Counted from the first letter of the stretch, positions 6,549 through 15,723 are shown. The stretch is 20,000 nucleotides of DNA from an uncultured virus (IMG/VR IMGVR_UViG_3300031625_000002) (IMGVR_UViG_3300031625_000002:53011-73010), one strand, 5' to 3'. The notes: generated from the sequence alone by a model not told the origin. Program-made: numbers and translations.

Positions 6549-8603
6549 ATGAAGCACTTCATTTTTTTGAGAAACAGTCTTGTACAATTCCCGGCCCAAG
6601 CCAAGGATGACCAAGCGTCAAGAAATATCGTCGGAACGATTTGTTCCAATTTGCTTTATTATGGGTATATATTCTCAACAGAAGCCTTGCGTGAATTCAA
6701 CAAGTTAAGCGATGAAAACGTCATTGCGTGGTGGGAGACCGTCGAGCCTGCATTTAAGGAAATCACTGGTGAGTCCAAGAATATGGGTGATCATGTTGTC
6801 TATAAGAACTTTCCAAAGGAAGTACTTGATAAGTCATTGGCCGAGTATTGGATTTGCCAAATCTTTATGTACCTTGGCGTTCCAAATGAATTTTTCACGA
6901 CCGAAGAGGTCGAAAGAGACCAGATGTTTGAAAGTATTTCTCTTAAGACACTTCAAGTCGCAAGAGCAAATAAGGAGCAGGACATCTGTCATGAGCTTTG
7001 TTTGACTCCGGCCAGATGGACTGATGAGCAATCAATGTTTGTTGAACATCTTATTATCAATGAGAAGTGCTATTTTAATTTGTCAAAAATCCCCTTCAAG
7101 GAAAACATGATCCAAGTCGCAGTCTTGGCCATGAATAATGGTTTGGCGGCGAGTGTCAATTCAGCCACGGATGTGTTGCGCCTTGCAATTGGATTGTCCG
7201 ATGGTGACATAACCATGCGAACCAACACGCCATTTAGAAACTTTACGCGGAAGGAAAGACGTTTCTTGCTCACCTTGATTGAAAATCAGAATGATTGTGA
7301 GGAAGACATCGCTATGGACAAGAATCGTTGGAAGAAGCTTTTAAACAGATTGCATCCAGGCGATTATAAGAATGCTTTCCCGAATGTGGTGAAGGCAAAT
7401 AACAACTTGTACAACAACAACGTTGTCAGCTTCAATTCAAAGCTTGAGAAATATCTTGAGACTGAAGACGCATACGCTCTCGTTCTTCTTAAGAGCAGAC
7501 CCGGTGTCTTTGCAAGAAGATTGTCTCACGCTATTTCAATATTTGGAAGCGCGGCCATCGACGCTTTCGCAGAAATTTGTCCAAAGCTCACGGTTATTAA
7601 ACTCCTTAAGGTGAAGAAGTTCTTTTCAACCTTGAAGGAAAGAAATCATCTTGTTTATCCGCCGAAGAGTAATTGGGCCAAGTTGCAGATCGTTGAAAAC
7701 TCAAAGGCGATACGTCACAATCCACAGGTCATAACTCTTATTGGGAAGATCGACGATGCTCTTAATGAGAAGATGAGTGGAATTTCTGTCAATCTTGATT
7801 CCAGAACGAGTCTCGTTAAAATCCAGGGCAACGACTCTGAATTAACGAACTATGGTCGTGGAACCGTGTTCCCGATTCCAGAGAATATTAATTTCATCAG
7901 AAGCGCAAGCTATTGGGAATTACCTGACACTTTTAACAATTGGTACGACAATGGTTGGAACTTCTTTAACAAGGATTGGAAGGAAAAGGGCGCGTGTTGC
8001 TGGGCGAATATGACTTTCGCCAGAAAGGGATGCGCATTCTCTGGCGATCCAACCAACTCAAAGACTGCTGACGGAAAGGCGTGTCAAATGATCGACTTGT
8101 ACATTGACAAGTTGTTAGCTTTTGGAGTACGTTATGCTGTTTGGAATGTCTTGTGCTATTCTCATAAGAAGTTCAGCGAGGCCACTGAGGTCTTTGGTGC
8201 GCTTCAATGGGGTGAGGCTCCGCAAAAGGGTAAGCTCTTCGAGCCAAGCCGTTGCCAACTCTCATTTCCAATTACTGGTGAATGCTATACCAAGTATATC
8301 GCATACATTGACTTGGAGAAGCGTGAACTTGTCTACATGGACGCTAACTTCAAGGCTGACGTTTCTTCCGCAAAGGAAAATGGTCGTATGCTTTCAGAAG
8401 TAATGCCAGCCTACATTGAATACTTGAATTCGTTGCCGAGCGTGTTCGATCTCTTCTCACATGCGAAGCAGGACGTGAATGGGACCGCTGTAGCCTATGA
8501 CGATAGCAATATCGATATCAAGGGCACAAGTGCCTATGTATTCAATCCGACAAATGAGAACAACTCGTTCGAGCAGCTTGAAGTCGCCAAATTTTTATCT
8601 TAA
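6549..8603 (+). CDS. Large helical protein with C-terminal TerD-like domain (Ter/RNA-repair-associated stress protein)
   Basis: 684 aa; SATDVLRLAIGLSDGD, LLKSRPGVFARRL, GRGTVFPIP and FSGDPTNS...QMIDL...GVRYAVWNV match the large TerD-fused family as recalled. Confidence 0.7.
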   Translation: MKHFIFLRNSLVQFPAQAKDDQASRNIVGTICSNLLYYGYIFSTEALREFNKLSDENVIAWWETVEPAFKEITGESKNMGDHVVYKNFPKEVLDKSLAEYWICQIFMYLGVPNEFFTTEEVERDQMFESISLKTLQVARANKEQDICHELCLTPARWTDEQSMFVEHLIINEKCYFNLSKIPFKENMIQVAVLAMNNGLAASVNSATDVLRLAIGLSDGDITMRTNTPFRNFTRKERRFLLTLIENQNDCEEDIAMDKNRWKKLLNRLHPGDYKNAFPNVVKANNNLYNNNVVSFNSKLEKYLETEDAYALVLLKSRPGVFARRLSHAISIFGSAAIDAFAEICPKLTVIKLLKVKKFFSTLKERNHLVYPPKSNWAKLQIVENSKAIRHNPQVITLIGKIDDALNEKMSGISVNLDSRTSLVKIQGNDSELTNYGRGTVFPIPENINFIRSASYWELPDTFNNWYDNGWNFFNKDWKEKGACCWANMTFARKGCAFSGDPTNSKTADGKACQMIDLYIDKLLAFGVRYAVWNVLCYSHKKFSEATEVFGALQWGEAPQKGKLFEPSRCQLSFPITGECYTKYIAYIDLEKRELVYMDANFKADVSSAKENGRMLSEVMPAYIEYLNSLPSVFDLFSHAKQDVNGTAVAYDDSNIDIKGTSAYVFNPTNENNSFEQLEVAKFLS

Positions 8604-8622
8604 TTGGTTATCTGATAACCAC

Positions 8623-8650
8623 TTGAAATTTTCTGAAACCATGTTATGAT
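8623..8650 (+). promoter_or_regulatory. Sigma70-like promoter
   Basis: TTGAAA, 16 nt, TATGAT with extended TG; RBS CAGGAGG at 8661-8667. Confidence 0.55.
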
Positions 8651-8673
8651 AATAAGGTAACAGGAGGATCAGG

Positions 8674-9015
8674 ATGGGTAAAGGTAAAAAAGAAATCAGG
8701 TGATTATTCCGGTCTTCGGTATTTAAGCGTGACGACTATACATGTGTATGTTGCAAGGTCATTGGGGATGTAGACGCACATCATATTATAGATCGGAATC
8801 ACTTTCCTGACGGCGGTTATGTCATAGACAACGGGATTACCCCATGTCCAGATTGTCACATCTTGGCAGAAGTTTATCACGATGGCGATGGCAGGGAGTA
8901 TTCAGAAGGGAAGCACCCTCTCGACTTGTTAAAGGCAATAGGGTCTTCATTTATAGACAACCCACCGTGTTCATGTAACAACTGTGTTGTTTGTGATCAC
9001 TTTATAAGAAAGTGA
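8674..9015 (+). pseudogene. HNH endonuclease gene interrupted by an in-frame TGA at codon 10
   Basis: MGKGKKEIR*LFRSSVFKRDDYTCVCCKVIGDVDAHHIIDRNHFPDGGYVIDNGITPCPDCHILAE...CSCNNCVVCDHFIRK*. TGA at 8701-8703; strong RBS; missed by the ORF track. Confidence 0.8.
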
Positions 9016-9022
9016 GGCTTAC

Positions 9023-10996
9023 ATGAAAAAAATTAATCGTGACGAGTTGATCGGTAAGATTAAGGAAAGAGAGTCGAAGCTTGAAAACGCTTCGATTGAA
9101 CTCAAAAAACATTTCGTTGGTCTTAATCCAACAATCGATGAAATAATCGATTCAATAAGAGTCTGGTACATTATGCCAGAAATTATCACACATCCGGTAA
9201 TCGTAAATCTTTGGGGAATGACTGGAGTTGGGAAAACCGATTTGATTCGTCGCCTTGTACAGCTTCTTGATCTTAGTGATCGTTTTCTTGAAATGCCAAT
9301 GGACATTGAAGACACAAGTAACTTCCACTGGCACAGTTCAATTCAAGGTGTTCTTGGATGTAGCAGTCTTGAGCCCGAAACTCCAGGCGTTGTTCTCTTT
9401 GACGAATTCCAACGTTATCGCACCATTGACGAGCATGGCCATGAGCGTACCGATCTTAAGAGGTTTCAAGATATTTGGACCCTTCTTAGCGATGGAAAGT
9501 TTTCAAACTCCGGCAAGGGTAAGAATGAGATCCTTGAGATGTTAATGGACACTCTTTATTATGAAGAGAGAAGTGGAGACGACGACGCCGATGTAGAGCC
9601 CCCTATTGAACATGGTAATTTGACAACTAAGAGTAAGAACAAGAAAAATAAGGAAGTCAGCACTAAGAAGCGCTTTAGCTTCAGTTTCTATTCTGCCAAA
9701 TCATTAAAGAAGACTCTCAGAATCCCTGACACCATTGAAACCATAATGAAATGGACCGCCGAAACCAAAAAGAAGAAAATCATGGAGGCAATGGAAAGAG
9801 ATGATATCCTTCATGGTGAAAGCTATTCCCAACTTTTGATTTTCATTTGTGGTAATCTTGATTCTGCATTCTGGATGGCCTCCCGCGCTGAAGATGCAGA
9901 TACCGATGCAGATATCTTGCACAAGCGAAGTCTTGATATTAACACAATAGATATCCGCACTTCATTGAAAACGAGATTCAGGTATGAACAGATTGCCCGA
10001 CTTGGCAATACTCATATCATTTATCCGTGCTTGTCTTCAAAATCTTACCGGGAACTTATTTCTAGAAAGATCATAGACGCAACCAATAGTTTTAAGGCAA
10101 GCACCGACATTGACATCAAAGTTGATCGTTCGGTAAACAATGTGATATACAGAAATGGGGTGTTCCCCGCTCAAGGTGTAAGGCCAGTATTTAGTACGAT
10201 CAACAGTTTGTTTACAACTTCAATGCCACCATTTATCATGGCGGCGCTCTTAGAAGACTGTAATCAAATTGACGTATCCTTCAAAGACAACAAAATGGTT
10301 TGTAAAATACGCGATCAAAATCTCAGTAAGAAGGTGACCTGTAGTATTGACAATATTAAGGGCAAGACTTCTGAGGAACAAAAGCATCTCGTGGCGTTGC
10401 ACGAAGCTTCACATGCTGTTGTTTATATGTTGAAGTTTGGCGTTGCGCCATGTCAGATTAAAAGTAATATATCAATGTTCTCTGGCGGCTTTGTAATGCC
10501 ACACTCTATGTTAGAGTCAAAGAATATCTTGATAAGCTTGATTCAGGTTTATCTTGCTGGCCGTCTCGGTGAAATCGCATTTTTTGGTGACGGGATGACC
10601 TCGTCAGGGTGCGCTTCCGATCTTATGGAAGCAACTAAGTTGGCCAGTAAAATGCTCCGTCGTTACGGCATGGGTGATAGCTTGTCAGTTGTTGTGACAT
10701 CTAACTTTGAAGATGCCAGTCTTCTTAATCTTGATGTTGACGGAACAAACAAAGATATTGATTTGATACTTGACAATCGAGCCAAGGAAACGTCTATTAT
10801 CATTAACGAAAATTTATCCTTCATTGGCGCAATCGCTGATGAATTGATGAGAAAGAATGGTGAGATGACAGATAAAGAGGTCGCTAAAATAGCCGAAGAG
10901 TTTTGTGAAAATAAAATTGAGTGTCTCCCAGCTGATCATAAAATCACTGAGAGTTATGTTGATAAGTATAATGAGAGGCGAACGGATGAAAATTAA
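9023..10996 (+). CDS. Soluble AAA+ ATPase fused to an FtsH-type M41 zinc peptidase
   Basis: Walker A GMTGVGKT, Walker B VVLFDE, HEASH (HExxH), LAGRLGE and SSGCASDL; no transmembrane segment. Confidence 0.85.
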   Translation: MKKINRDELIGKIKERESKLENASIELKKHFVGLNPTIDEIIDSIRVWYIMPEIITHPVIVNLWGMTGVGKTDLIRRLVQLLDLSDRFLEMPMDIEDTSNFHWHSSIQGVLGCSSLEPETPGVVLFDEFQRYRTIDEHGHERTDLKRFQDIWTLLSDGKFSNSGKGKNEILEMLMDTLYYEERSGDDDADVEPPIEHGNLTTKSKNKKNKEVSTKKRFSFSFYSAKSLKKTLRIPDTIETIMKWTAETKKKKIMEAMERDDILHGESYSQLLIFICGNLDSAFWMASRAEDADTDADILHKRSLDINTIDIRTSLKTRFRYEQIARLGNTHIIYPCLSSKSYRELISRKIIDATNSFKASTDIDIKVDRSVNNVIYRNGVFPAQGVRPVFSTINSLFTTSMPPFIMAALLEDCNQIDVSFKDNKMVCKIRDQNLSKKVTCSIDNIKGKTSEEQKHLVALHEASHAVVYMLKFGVAPCQIKSNISMFSGGFVMPHSMLESKNILISLIQVYLAGRLGEIAFFGDGMTSSGCASDLMEATKLASKMLRRYGMGDSLSVVVTSNFEDASLLNLDVDGTNKDIDLILDNRAKETSIIINENLSFIGAIADELMRKNGEMTDKEVAKIAEEFCENKIECLPADHKITESYVDKYNERRTDEN

Positions 10997-11156
10997 AGAA
11001 CTCCAAGAATTAGTCAATGGTAGATTCATTGACGCCTTTGGCAGAACACCACTTCGGCAGCGACAGGAAGATATTTTGGGCGAGGCGATTGAACTCAAAA
11101 ACGCAACAGATATTACGAATCTCAGAGAAGAGACGGGGGATTTGCTTCAACAATGA
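10986..11156 (+). CDS. MazG-like NTP pyrophosphohydrolase N-terminal fragment (split from downstream NadD)
   Basis: EDILGEAIEL...LREETGDLL matches the MazG ExxE...EExGD pattern; the helix continues as (AS)TMMLCSESGWSVEEL in the next frame. Confidence 0.65.
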   Translation: MKIKELQELVNGRFIDAFGRTPLRQRQEDILGEAIELKNATDITNLREETGDLLQQ

Positions 11157-11863
11157 TGTTGTGTAGTGAGTCTGGCTGGTCAGTAGAAGAGCTTGTGCAG
11201 TCAACTCTTAATAAGACAGAGAGAAGAAAGGAGCAATACCACACGTTGGGGAGAAAGACAAAGGTCGCTCTTCTTGGTGGGGCTTTTAATCCGCCTACGA
11301 TTGGCCACTTAAGGCTTGCACAGTTCATTCTCGATACAAGTAAGAACTTCGATGAGGTTTGGTTTGTACCGTGTTATCAGCACATGTATAACAAAGAACT
11401 CGTTACACCAGAGCATAGATTGGCTATGTGTAACTTGTTATGCGCTAACGATTGCAGAATAAAGACATTTGATTATGAGATCAAAAATCAATTACGTGGT
11501 GAGACTTACCATTTTGTAAAGAGATTGCTTGATGAAGACTTTGCAAAAGACCAATATGATTTTAGTATGATAATTGGGTTGGACAATGCTAACACATTTG
11601 ATAAGTGGGTGAACTACGAAGATCTTGAGAAGATGATGCGCTTTGTCGTGGTGTCTCGACAAGGGACCGAAAGAGATGAGTCTGTAGACTGGTACTTAAA
11701 GCCACCACACATTTATCTTTACAGTGGTGGTGATGTCCCAGAGATATCTTCAACGGAAATCAGAAGGTGTATCGTCGAAGACGACACATCACAAGCCGCT
11801 TACGTTAAAGAGTTCATGGATGATGGGGTATGGAAATACCTTTGTGATAACGAACTTTATTGA
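11153..11863 (+). CDS. nadD: Nicotinate/nicotinamide mononucleotide adenylyltransferase
   Basis: LLGGAFNPPTIGH (HxGH), DEVWFVP, HRLAMC, IIGLDN..TFDKW and ISSTEIR. Confidence 0.88.
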   Translation: MMLCSESGWSVEELVQSTLNKTERRKEQYHTLGRKTKVALLGGAFNPPTIGHLRLAQFILDTSKNFDEVWFVPCYQHMYNKELVTPEHRLAMCNLLCANDCRIKTFDYEIKNQLRGETYHFVKRLLDEDFAKDQYDFSMIIGLDNANTFDKWVNYEDLEKMMRFVVVSRQGTERDESVDWYLKPPHIYLYSGGDVPEISSTEIRRCIVEDDTSQAAYVKEFMDDGVWKYLCDNELY

Positions 11864-11875
11864 ATTAAGGCATAG

Positions 11876-11910
11876 AAAAGGGGCGGCAATTACTTGCCGC
11901 CCCTTTTTAT
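11876..11910. terminator. Bidirectional intrinsic terminator
   Basis: AAAAGGGGCGGCAA-ttac-TTGCCGCCCCTTTT between convergent genes. Confidence 0.9.
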
Positions 11911-11927
11911 TTAAGCTTGTCTTAAGA

Positions 11928-12275
11928 TTAGCTTGAGCTTGAGCTTGAACTTGAAGCAATGCTCTCTGGCAATTCAACGTCCAGGTTGGTCTTAAGTCTG
12001 AAACGATAATCAATTTCGGCGATCATCGAATCACTAATTGTTGAATACTGCCCATTGTCCATAATCCCTTCAAGGAAAAACTTAAGACTTTGGAATCCCG
12101 CATCGACAACAGCTGTGCCGCCAACGTCAAGGTATTCATATGATGTTTGCAATTTTCCAGCGGTCACGAGGGAAGTCAAAAAAGTCACAATTTCATCGAC
12201 AGTTGGACTGCTGTTGAAACTATTGTCATTGTCATGATCAGCCATCGCTGCTAATGTGTTGTATATTAGGCTCAT
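11928..12275 (-). CDS. Hypothetical protein ending in poly-Ser; possible virion protein
   Basis: AAGGAG RBS; 115 aa ending SSSSSSSS. Confidence 0.75.
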   Translation of the reverse strand: MSLIYNTLAAMADHDNDNSFNSSPTVDEIVTFLTSLVTAGKLQTSYEYLDVGGTAVVDAGFQSLKFFLEGIMDNGQYSTISDSMIAEIDYRFRLKTNLDVELPESIASSSSSSSS

Positions 12276-12403
12276 TCTTTAGTCTCCTTTTTAAATTAAG
12301 GCTATATAACCGTCCAATGTATGAAATCGGTCTTCATAAAATGAATATACTCGATCAAAGTGCCTGTACCCTTTAATTAGACAAGTTTTTTCATGGTATT
12401 ATA

Positions 12404-12432
12404 AAGGTATTGTTAAAAAGAAATTAGAAATA
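12404..12432 (+). promoter_or_regulatory. Candidate late promoter AAGG-N19-GAAATA
   Basis: AAGG 12404-12407 and GAAATA 12427-12432, just upstream of ATG 12442. Confidence 0.55.
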
Positions 12433-12441
12433 AATTTTATT

Positions 12442-12960
12442 ATGGAAGAACCTGAAGTACAAACCAATAAAAAGAAGTATAAAATAGTCATCTGGATAAT
12501 CACAACTGTGATGCTTCCAGTCATCGGCTATCTCGCTATATTCCTTATCCAATCAACCCTTCAATTGTCTAAAGATATGTCAGCTGTTCAAACAGAGATC
12601 ACTACTCTGAAAGAAGATAGCGATTCAGACAAGGCTATGTGGGCGACACTGTCCGAGCATAGAAAGAGCCTCGCGGCCATGGAAACCAAATTGGCGGTGA
12701 TGAAAAGTCTTACTAAGAACATCGATTCAAACAGAAATATCAATGTCACCATTAGTGGATTGAAGGGAAATGATTTCACCGCTTTCCCATTAGTCACACC
12801 TGATAATGCATTAATGCCTTCACCAGAAGCGCAAGGCCCAATAGGAGACGAGTTTCCAGAAGGGCTTATTGAAAAGCTTGAAGATTTTAATATGATTCAG
12901 CAAGAATCAGAAATTGACTTTAGGCAAAGAACTATGATGGAATACGAGCAGAAAAATTAG
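12442..12960 (+). CDS. Single-pass membrane protein with coiled coil
   Basis: KKKYK followed by IVIWIITTVMLPVIGYLAIFLI, then a heptad-like segment. Confidence 0.75.
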   Translation: MEEPEVQTNKKKYKIVIWIITTVMLPVIGYLAIFLIQSTLQLSKDMSAVQTEITTLKEDSDSDKAMWATLSEHRKSLAAMETKLAVMKSLTKNIDSNRNINVTISGLKGNDFTAFPLVTPDNALMPSPEAQGPIGDEFPEGLIEKLEDFNMIQQESEIDFRQRTMMEYEQKN

Positions 12961-13326
12961 CTATTTCAGCATCTTATGGAATGTTTCGCCATAAGTTTTC
13001 TTTGCGTAGTCAAGATAAGGCGTGATTTCATTCACTCCAACCACTTTAAGGGGCCTTCTGAATTGTTTTATCTTTGATTGGCTCTTCTTATCAAGCTTGC
13101 CCTTAATCTCTATATACTCGCCGTCTATGATGAAATCAGGGTAGTATTTACGCTTCTTACCATAGTACTTATAAACAAAGCCACGATTATTGCGCTTTAT
13201 GTCGGTCCCATGATCAAGATGATATAAGAGAAAGGCCAATTCCCAGGAGCTATCACACCAGATACGTTTATAGTATCCGCAATGCCCCCAACTCCACTTC
13301 TTTTGTCTTTTCCTATCGAACTTCAA
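12961..13326 (-). CDS. TnsA-like PD-(D/E)xK endonuclease (homing-endonuclease type)
   Basis: WCDSSWELAF, YYPDFII and IEIKG motifs; TTG start 4 nt after the upstream stop, so possibly a truncated remnant. Confidence 0.75.
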   Translation of the reverse strand: MKFDRKRQKKWSWGHCGYYKRIWCDSSWELAFLLYHLDHGTDIKRNNRGFVYKYYGKKRKYYPDFIIDGEYIEIKGKLDKKSQSKIKQFRRPLKVVGVNEITPYLDYAKKTYGETFHKMLK

Positions 13327-13330
13327 GGGA

Positions 13331-14992
13331 TTAACCGCTTGAACTGCTTGAGCAACTACTTGAACTGCTTGAGCAACTACTTGAACTTGAACTACTGTTA
13401 CATGCCGCCGCAGTTATAGTACAGCCACCACCATATCCATTATAGGCACCAGTGGCTGGAGAGGTTCCAGAATCGAACACGTAGCAACGTGGATTATCTC
13501 CTCCGTATGAGTTTTCATTAGCAAGAATCCATAATCCACCATCATAGTCACTGTAGAACAGTCTAAATAATTCATTGTTGTCTCTATGGGTATAAATCCA
13601 ACGACTTCCACCTGTTACAAATGACAACGTTGATGTTTGCCAGTATCCTTTACCACCAGTTGCACAGTAGATTCCAGAATATTCATCTGCGGTTCCAGTG
13701 ACCTTATATGCTTGTTCGATAATTGAATCGGCAGAACTCGAACTGCATGAGCAGCTTGAGCTACTTGACGGTGAAGGGTCAAGGGACATGCTACTACTAC
13801 TACTGCTTAAGCTACTTGAGCTACTTGAGCTACCACATGCTGCTGTAATTAATGTGAGGTCATCATTTCCCCAAACTCCAATTGGAGGCGAGTCGGCACT
13901 AAAAGGGATCGATACGGCTTTGTTAAAACCATTATATGTACTTGGAGCAAGAACCCATCTTCCCACTTCTCTTTCTTCATAAAATAAGATCTTGGTGGCA
14001 TCGGCGGCGTTTTCATAAACGAACTTGCTTCCGCCAGCAACAAATGCACCATCTAAGAAATAGGCGACATGATCAGGGCAGTAGACGCCATTGTATCCAG
14101 AGGTTTCAAATCCGGTTATCTTATATGATTGGGCTCCAAACGGATCGACGCTGGAACTACTTGAGCTACTAACCCAACTTGAACATGAGCTTGAACTACA
14201 TGAGTTTGAACTTGATGAAACCCAACTTGAACAAGATGAGCTTGAGGAACTTGAGGAAGATGATGAGCAACTACATGAGCAACTGCTTGATGAACTTGAG
14301 GATGAGCTACCACATGTTGCCGTTGCAATTACTGCGCTCCCGTCCCATGATCCAGTGGGTGGAGTCGTTCCATTGTCTTGTATTAAATCTATTTCGTTTT
14401 GGCCGTCATATAAATCTTCATTTGCCAATATCCACCATCCACCAGCATAATTGTTGTAAAACAAGAACAAATCATTAGTTGGATCTTGATATCTCAATCT
14501 GCTTCCACCAGATACCCATGAACCGTGATCATAATAACCAGAGTCAAAGGCGCAATAAACACCGTTCTGAGCTTGGGTTAAACCACCAACACTAAATGCT
14601 GATACAGCAAGATTGTCGAGGGAGCTTGAAGAGCTTGAGCAGCTACATGATGAGGAAGAACTTTGGGAAACTGAGGAACATGAGCTACTTGAGCTTGAAC
14701 AATCGACATTTTGTGTTATGGTAAGACCACCGTCACCCCAGACACCGGGTGGCGGCACTAAGGCGGAATGCTTCAGATTAGTGTATTGATTGAAGCCGTT
14801 GTAACTTTGAGCTATGGTCCATCTATTAATAGTACCGTAAATCTCATAAAAAATCTGCTTGGTGGCGTCATCTCTATTGTTATAGATTTGTCTTGTCCCA
14901 CCGCCAACGAAGGCTCCGCTTTCATAGTACCCTAAAGAGTCTTCACAATAGACACCATCAAAACCAGTTGAATTGCTAATTCGTATAGCCAT
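13331..14992 (-). CDS. Four-repeat protein with Ser/Cys-rich linkers; probable virion surface/adhesin protein
   Basis: GGAGG RBS. Four ~95-105 aa modules (G.YC....GY...G.FV.GG....Y......LFY.....W.LA......PP.G.W) separated by S(n)C tracts. Confidence 0.8.
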   Translation of the reverse strand: MAIRISNSTGFDGVYCEDSLGYYESGAFVGGGTRQIYNNRDDATKQIFYEIYGTINRWTIAQSYNGFNQYTNLKHSALVPPPGVWGDGGLTITQNVDCSSSSSSCSSVSQSSSSSCSCSSSSSSLDNLAVSAFSVGGLTQAQNGVYCAFDSGYYDHGSWVSGGSRLRYQDPTNDLFLFYNNYAGGWWILANEDLYDGQNEIDLIQDNGTTPPTGSWDGSAVIATATCGSSSSSSSSSCSCSCSSSSSSSSSSSCSSWVSSSSNSCSSSSCSSWVSSSSSSSVDPFGAQSYKITGFETSGYNGVYCPDHVAYFLDGAFVAGGSKFVYENAADATKILFYEEREVGRWVLAPSTYNGFNKAVSIPFSADSPPIGVWGNDDLTLITAACGSSSSSSSLSSSSSSMSLDPSPSSSSSCSCSSSSADSIIEQAYKVTGTADEYSGIYCATGGKGYWQTSTLSFVTGGSRWIYTHRDNNELFRLFYSDYDGGLWILANENSYGGDNPRCYVFDSGTSPATGAYNGYGGGCTITAAACNSSSSSSSCSSSSSSCSSSSSG

Positions 14993-15048
14993 GTAAAAAA
15001 TTTCCTCCGCTTGGGCTCAAGCCATTCTAAAAAGTTATAGTGTCTTAG

Positions 15049-15077
15049 TATTTCGCTATATTTCTGCTTGTTCCCTT
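15049..15077 (-). promoter_or_regulatory. Candidate late promoter AAGG-N19-GAAATA
   Basis: Reverse strand AAGGgaacaagcagaaatatagcGAAATA upstream of the Ser-rich gene. Confidence 0.55.
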
Positions 15078-15086
15078 CCTGAGAGC

Positions 15087-15115
15087 TTGACAGACACCAC
15101 AAGTGGTGCTATATT
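15087..15115 (+). promoter_or_regulatory. Sigma70-like promoter with palindromic spacer
   Basis: TTGACA, 17 nt, TATATT with extended TG; spacer holds CACCAC-aa-GTGGTG. Confidence 0.7.
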
Positions 15116-15162
15116 CCTCTAATTTGTAACAATATTACGACACGACCGCTTAAGGACATATT

Positions 15163-15723
15163 ATGAAAATAAGAAAAGCCGTATATGCTGGCAGCTTCGA
15201 TCCTGTGACCAATGGGTATCTTGATATCATCAAGAGAGCGTCCAAAATTTTTGATGAGGTTATCGTTGCAATTGGTATGAATCCTGGTAAAACACCAATG
15301 TTTTCTGCTGATGAAAGATATAAATTTGTACATGAAGCCACGTCAGCGAAGAAATTTGGATCGTTGTTGAGCGTGACATATTCGAGGAAGGATTCTAAAA
15401 AGATAGAAAAATTTATTCTTTCGACTGAGGCCGGGGTAGATTACAGTTGCTTGACAGAAAGACGCCTTCATGGTCTTGACTATTCAATAATTGCAGCCCC
15501 AAGGAATATTTACGAGAAGTACGCCAAGGCAATCGCCAGTGAATACATTGTTCATGGTGGTTGCACAATAAATGAATACGTGAATGGTAGACATAAGTTT
15601 TTGAAGAGCACAATAGAGTCGGATGTTTTCTTGACTGACGAATTTGCACCATCAGAAGCAATGGCTCAGGAAAACATGGAATGGGAAATTGAAAATCTTT
15701 ATAAAATAGCGGGGTCAGAATAA
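15163..15723 (+). CDS. Chimeric protein: CoaD (phosphopantetheine adenylyltransferase)-like N-terminal ~60 aa plus unrelated C-terminus
   Basis: [48 protein letters not shown] matches CoaD, but TNGH is TNGY and the RGLR...DFEYE and SSS motifs are missing. Confidence 0.7.
   Translation: MKIRKAVYAGSFDPVTNGYLDIIKRASKIFDEVIVAIGMNPGKTPMFSADERYKFVHEATSAKKFGSLLSVTYSRKDSKKIEKFILSTEAGVDYSCLTERRLHGLDYSIIAAPRNIYEKYAKAIASEYIVHGGCTINEYVNGRHKFLKSTIESDVFLTDEFAPSEAMAQENMEWEIENLYKIAGSE

Noticed and set aside
8701..8703. Genome-wide TGA recoding or selenocysteine
   Set aside because: TGA terminates several genes with ATGA coupling (1827, 2219, 16025), long ORFs need no readthrough, and the position is not catalytic.
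9023..10996. Host ftsH
   Set aside because: No TM segments and no FtsH GPPGTGKT/SRH motifs.
13339..14700. CRISPR array, or the + strand Glu/Leu-rich ORFs (13698.., 14091.., 14179..)
   Set aside because: The short repeats (GAACTGCTTGAGCAACTACTT etc.) are antisense shadows of poly-Ser codons; there is no repeat-spacer periodicity.
15163..15723. Functional coaD gene symbol
   Set aside because: Catalytic His is substituted and the C-terminal two-thirds are not CoaD-like.
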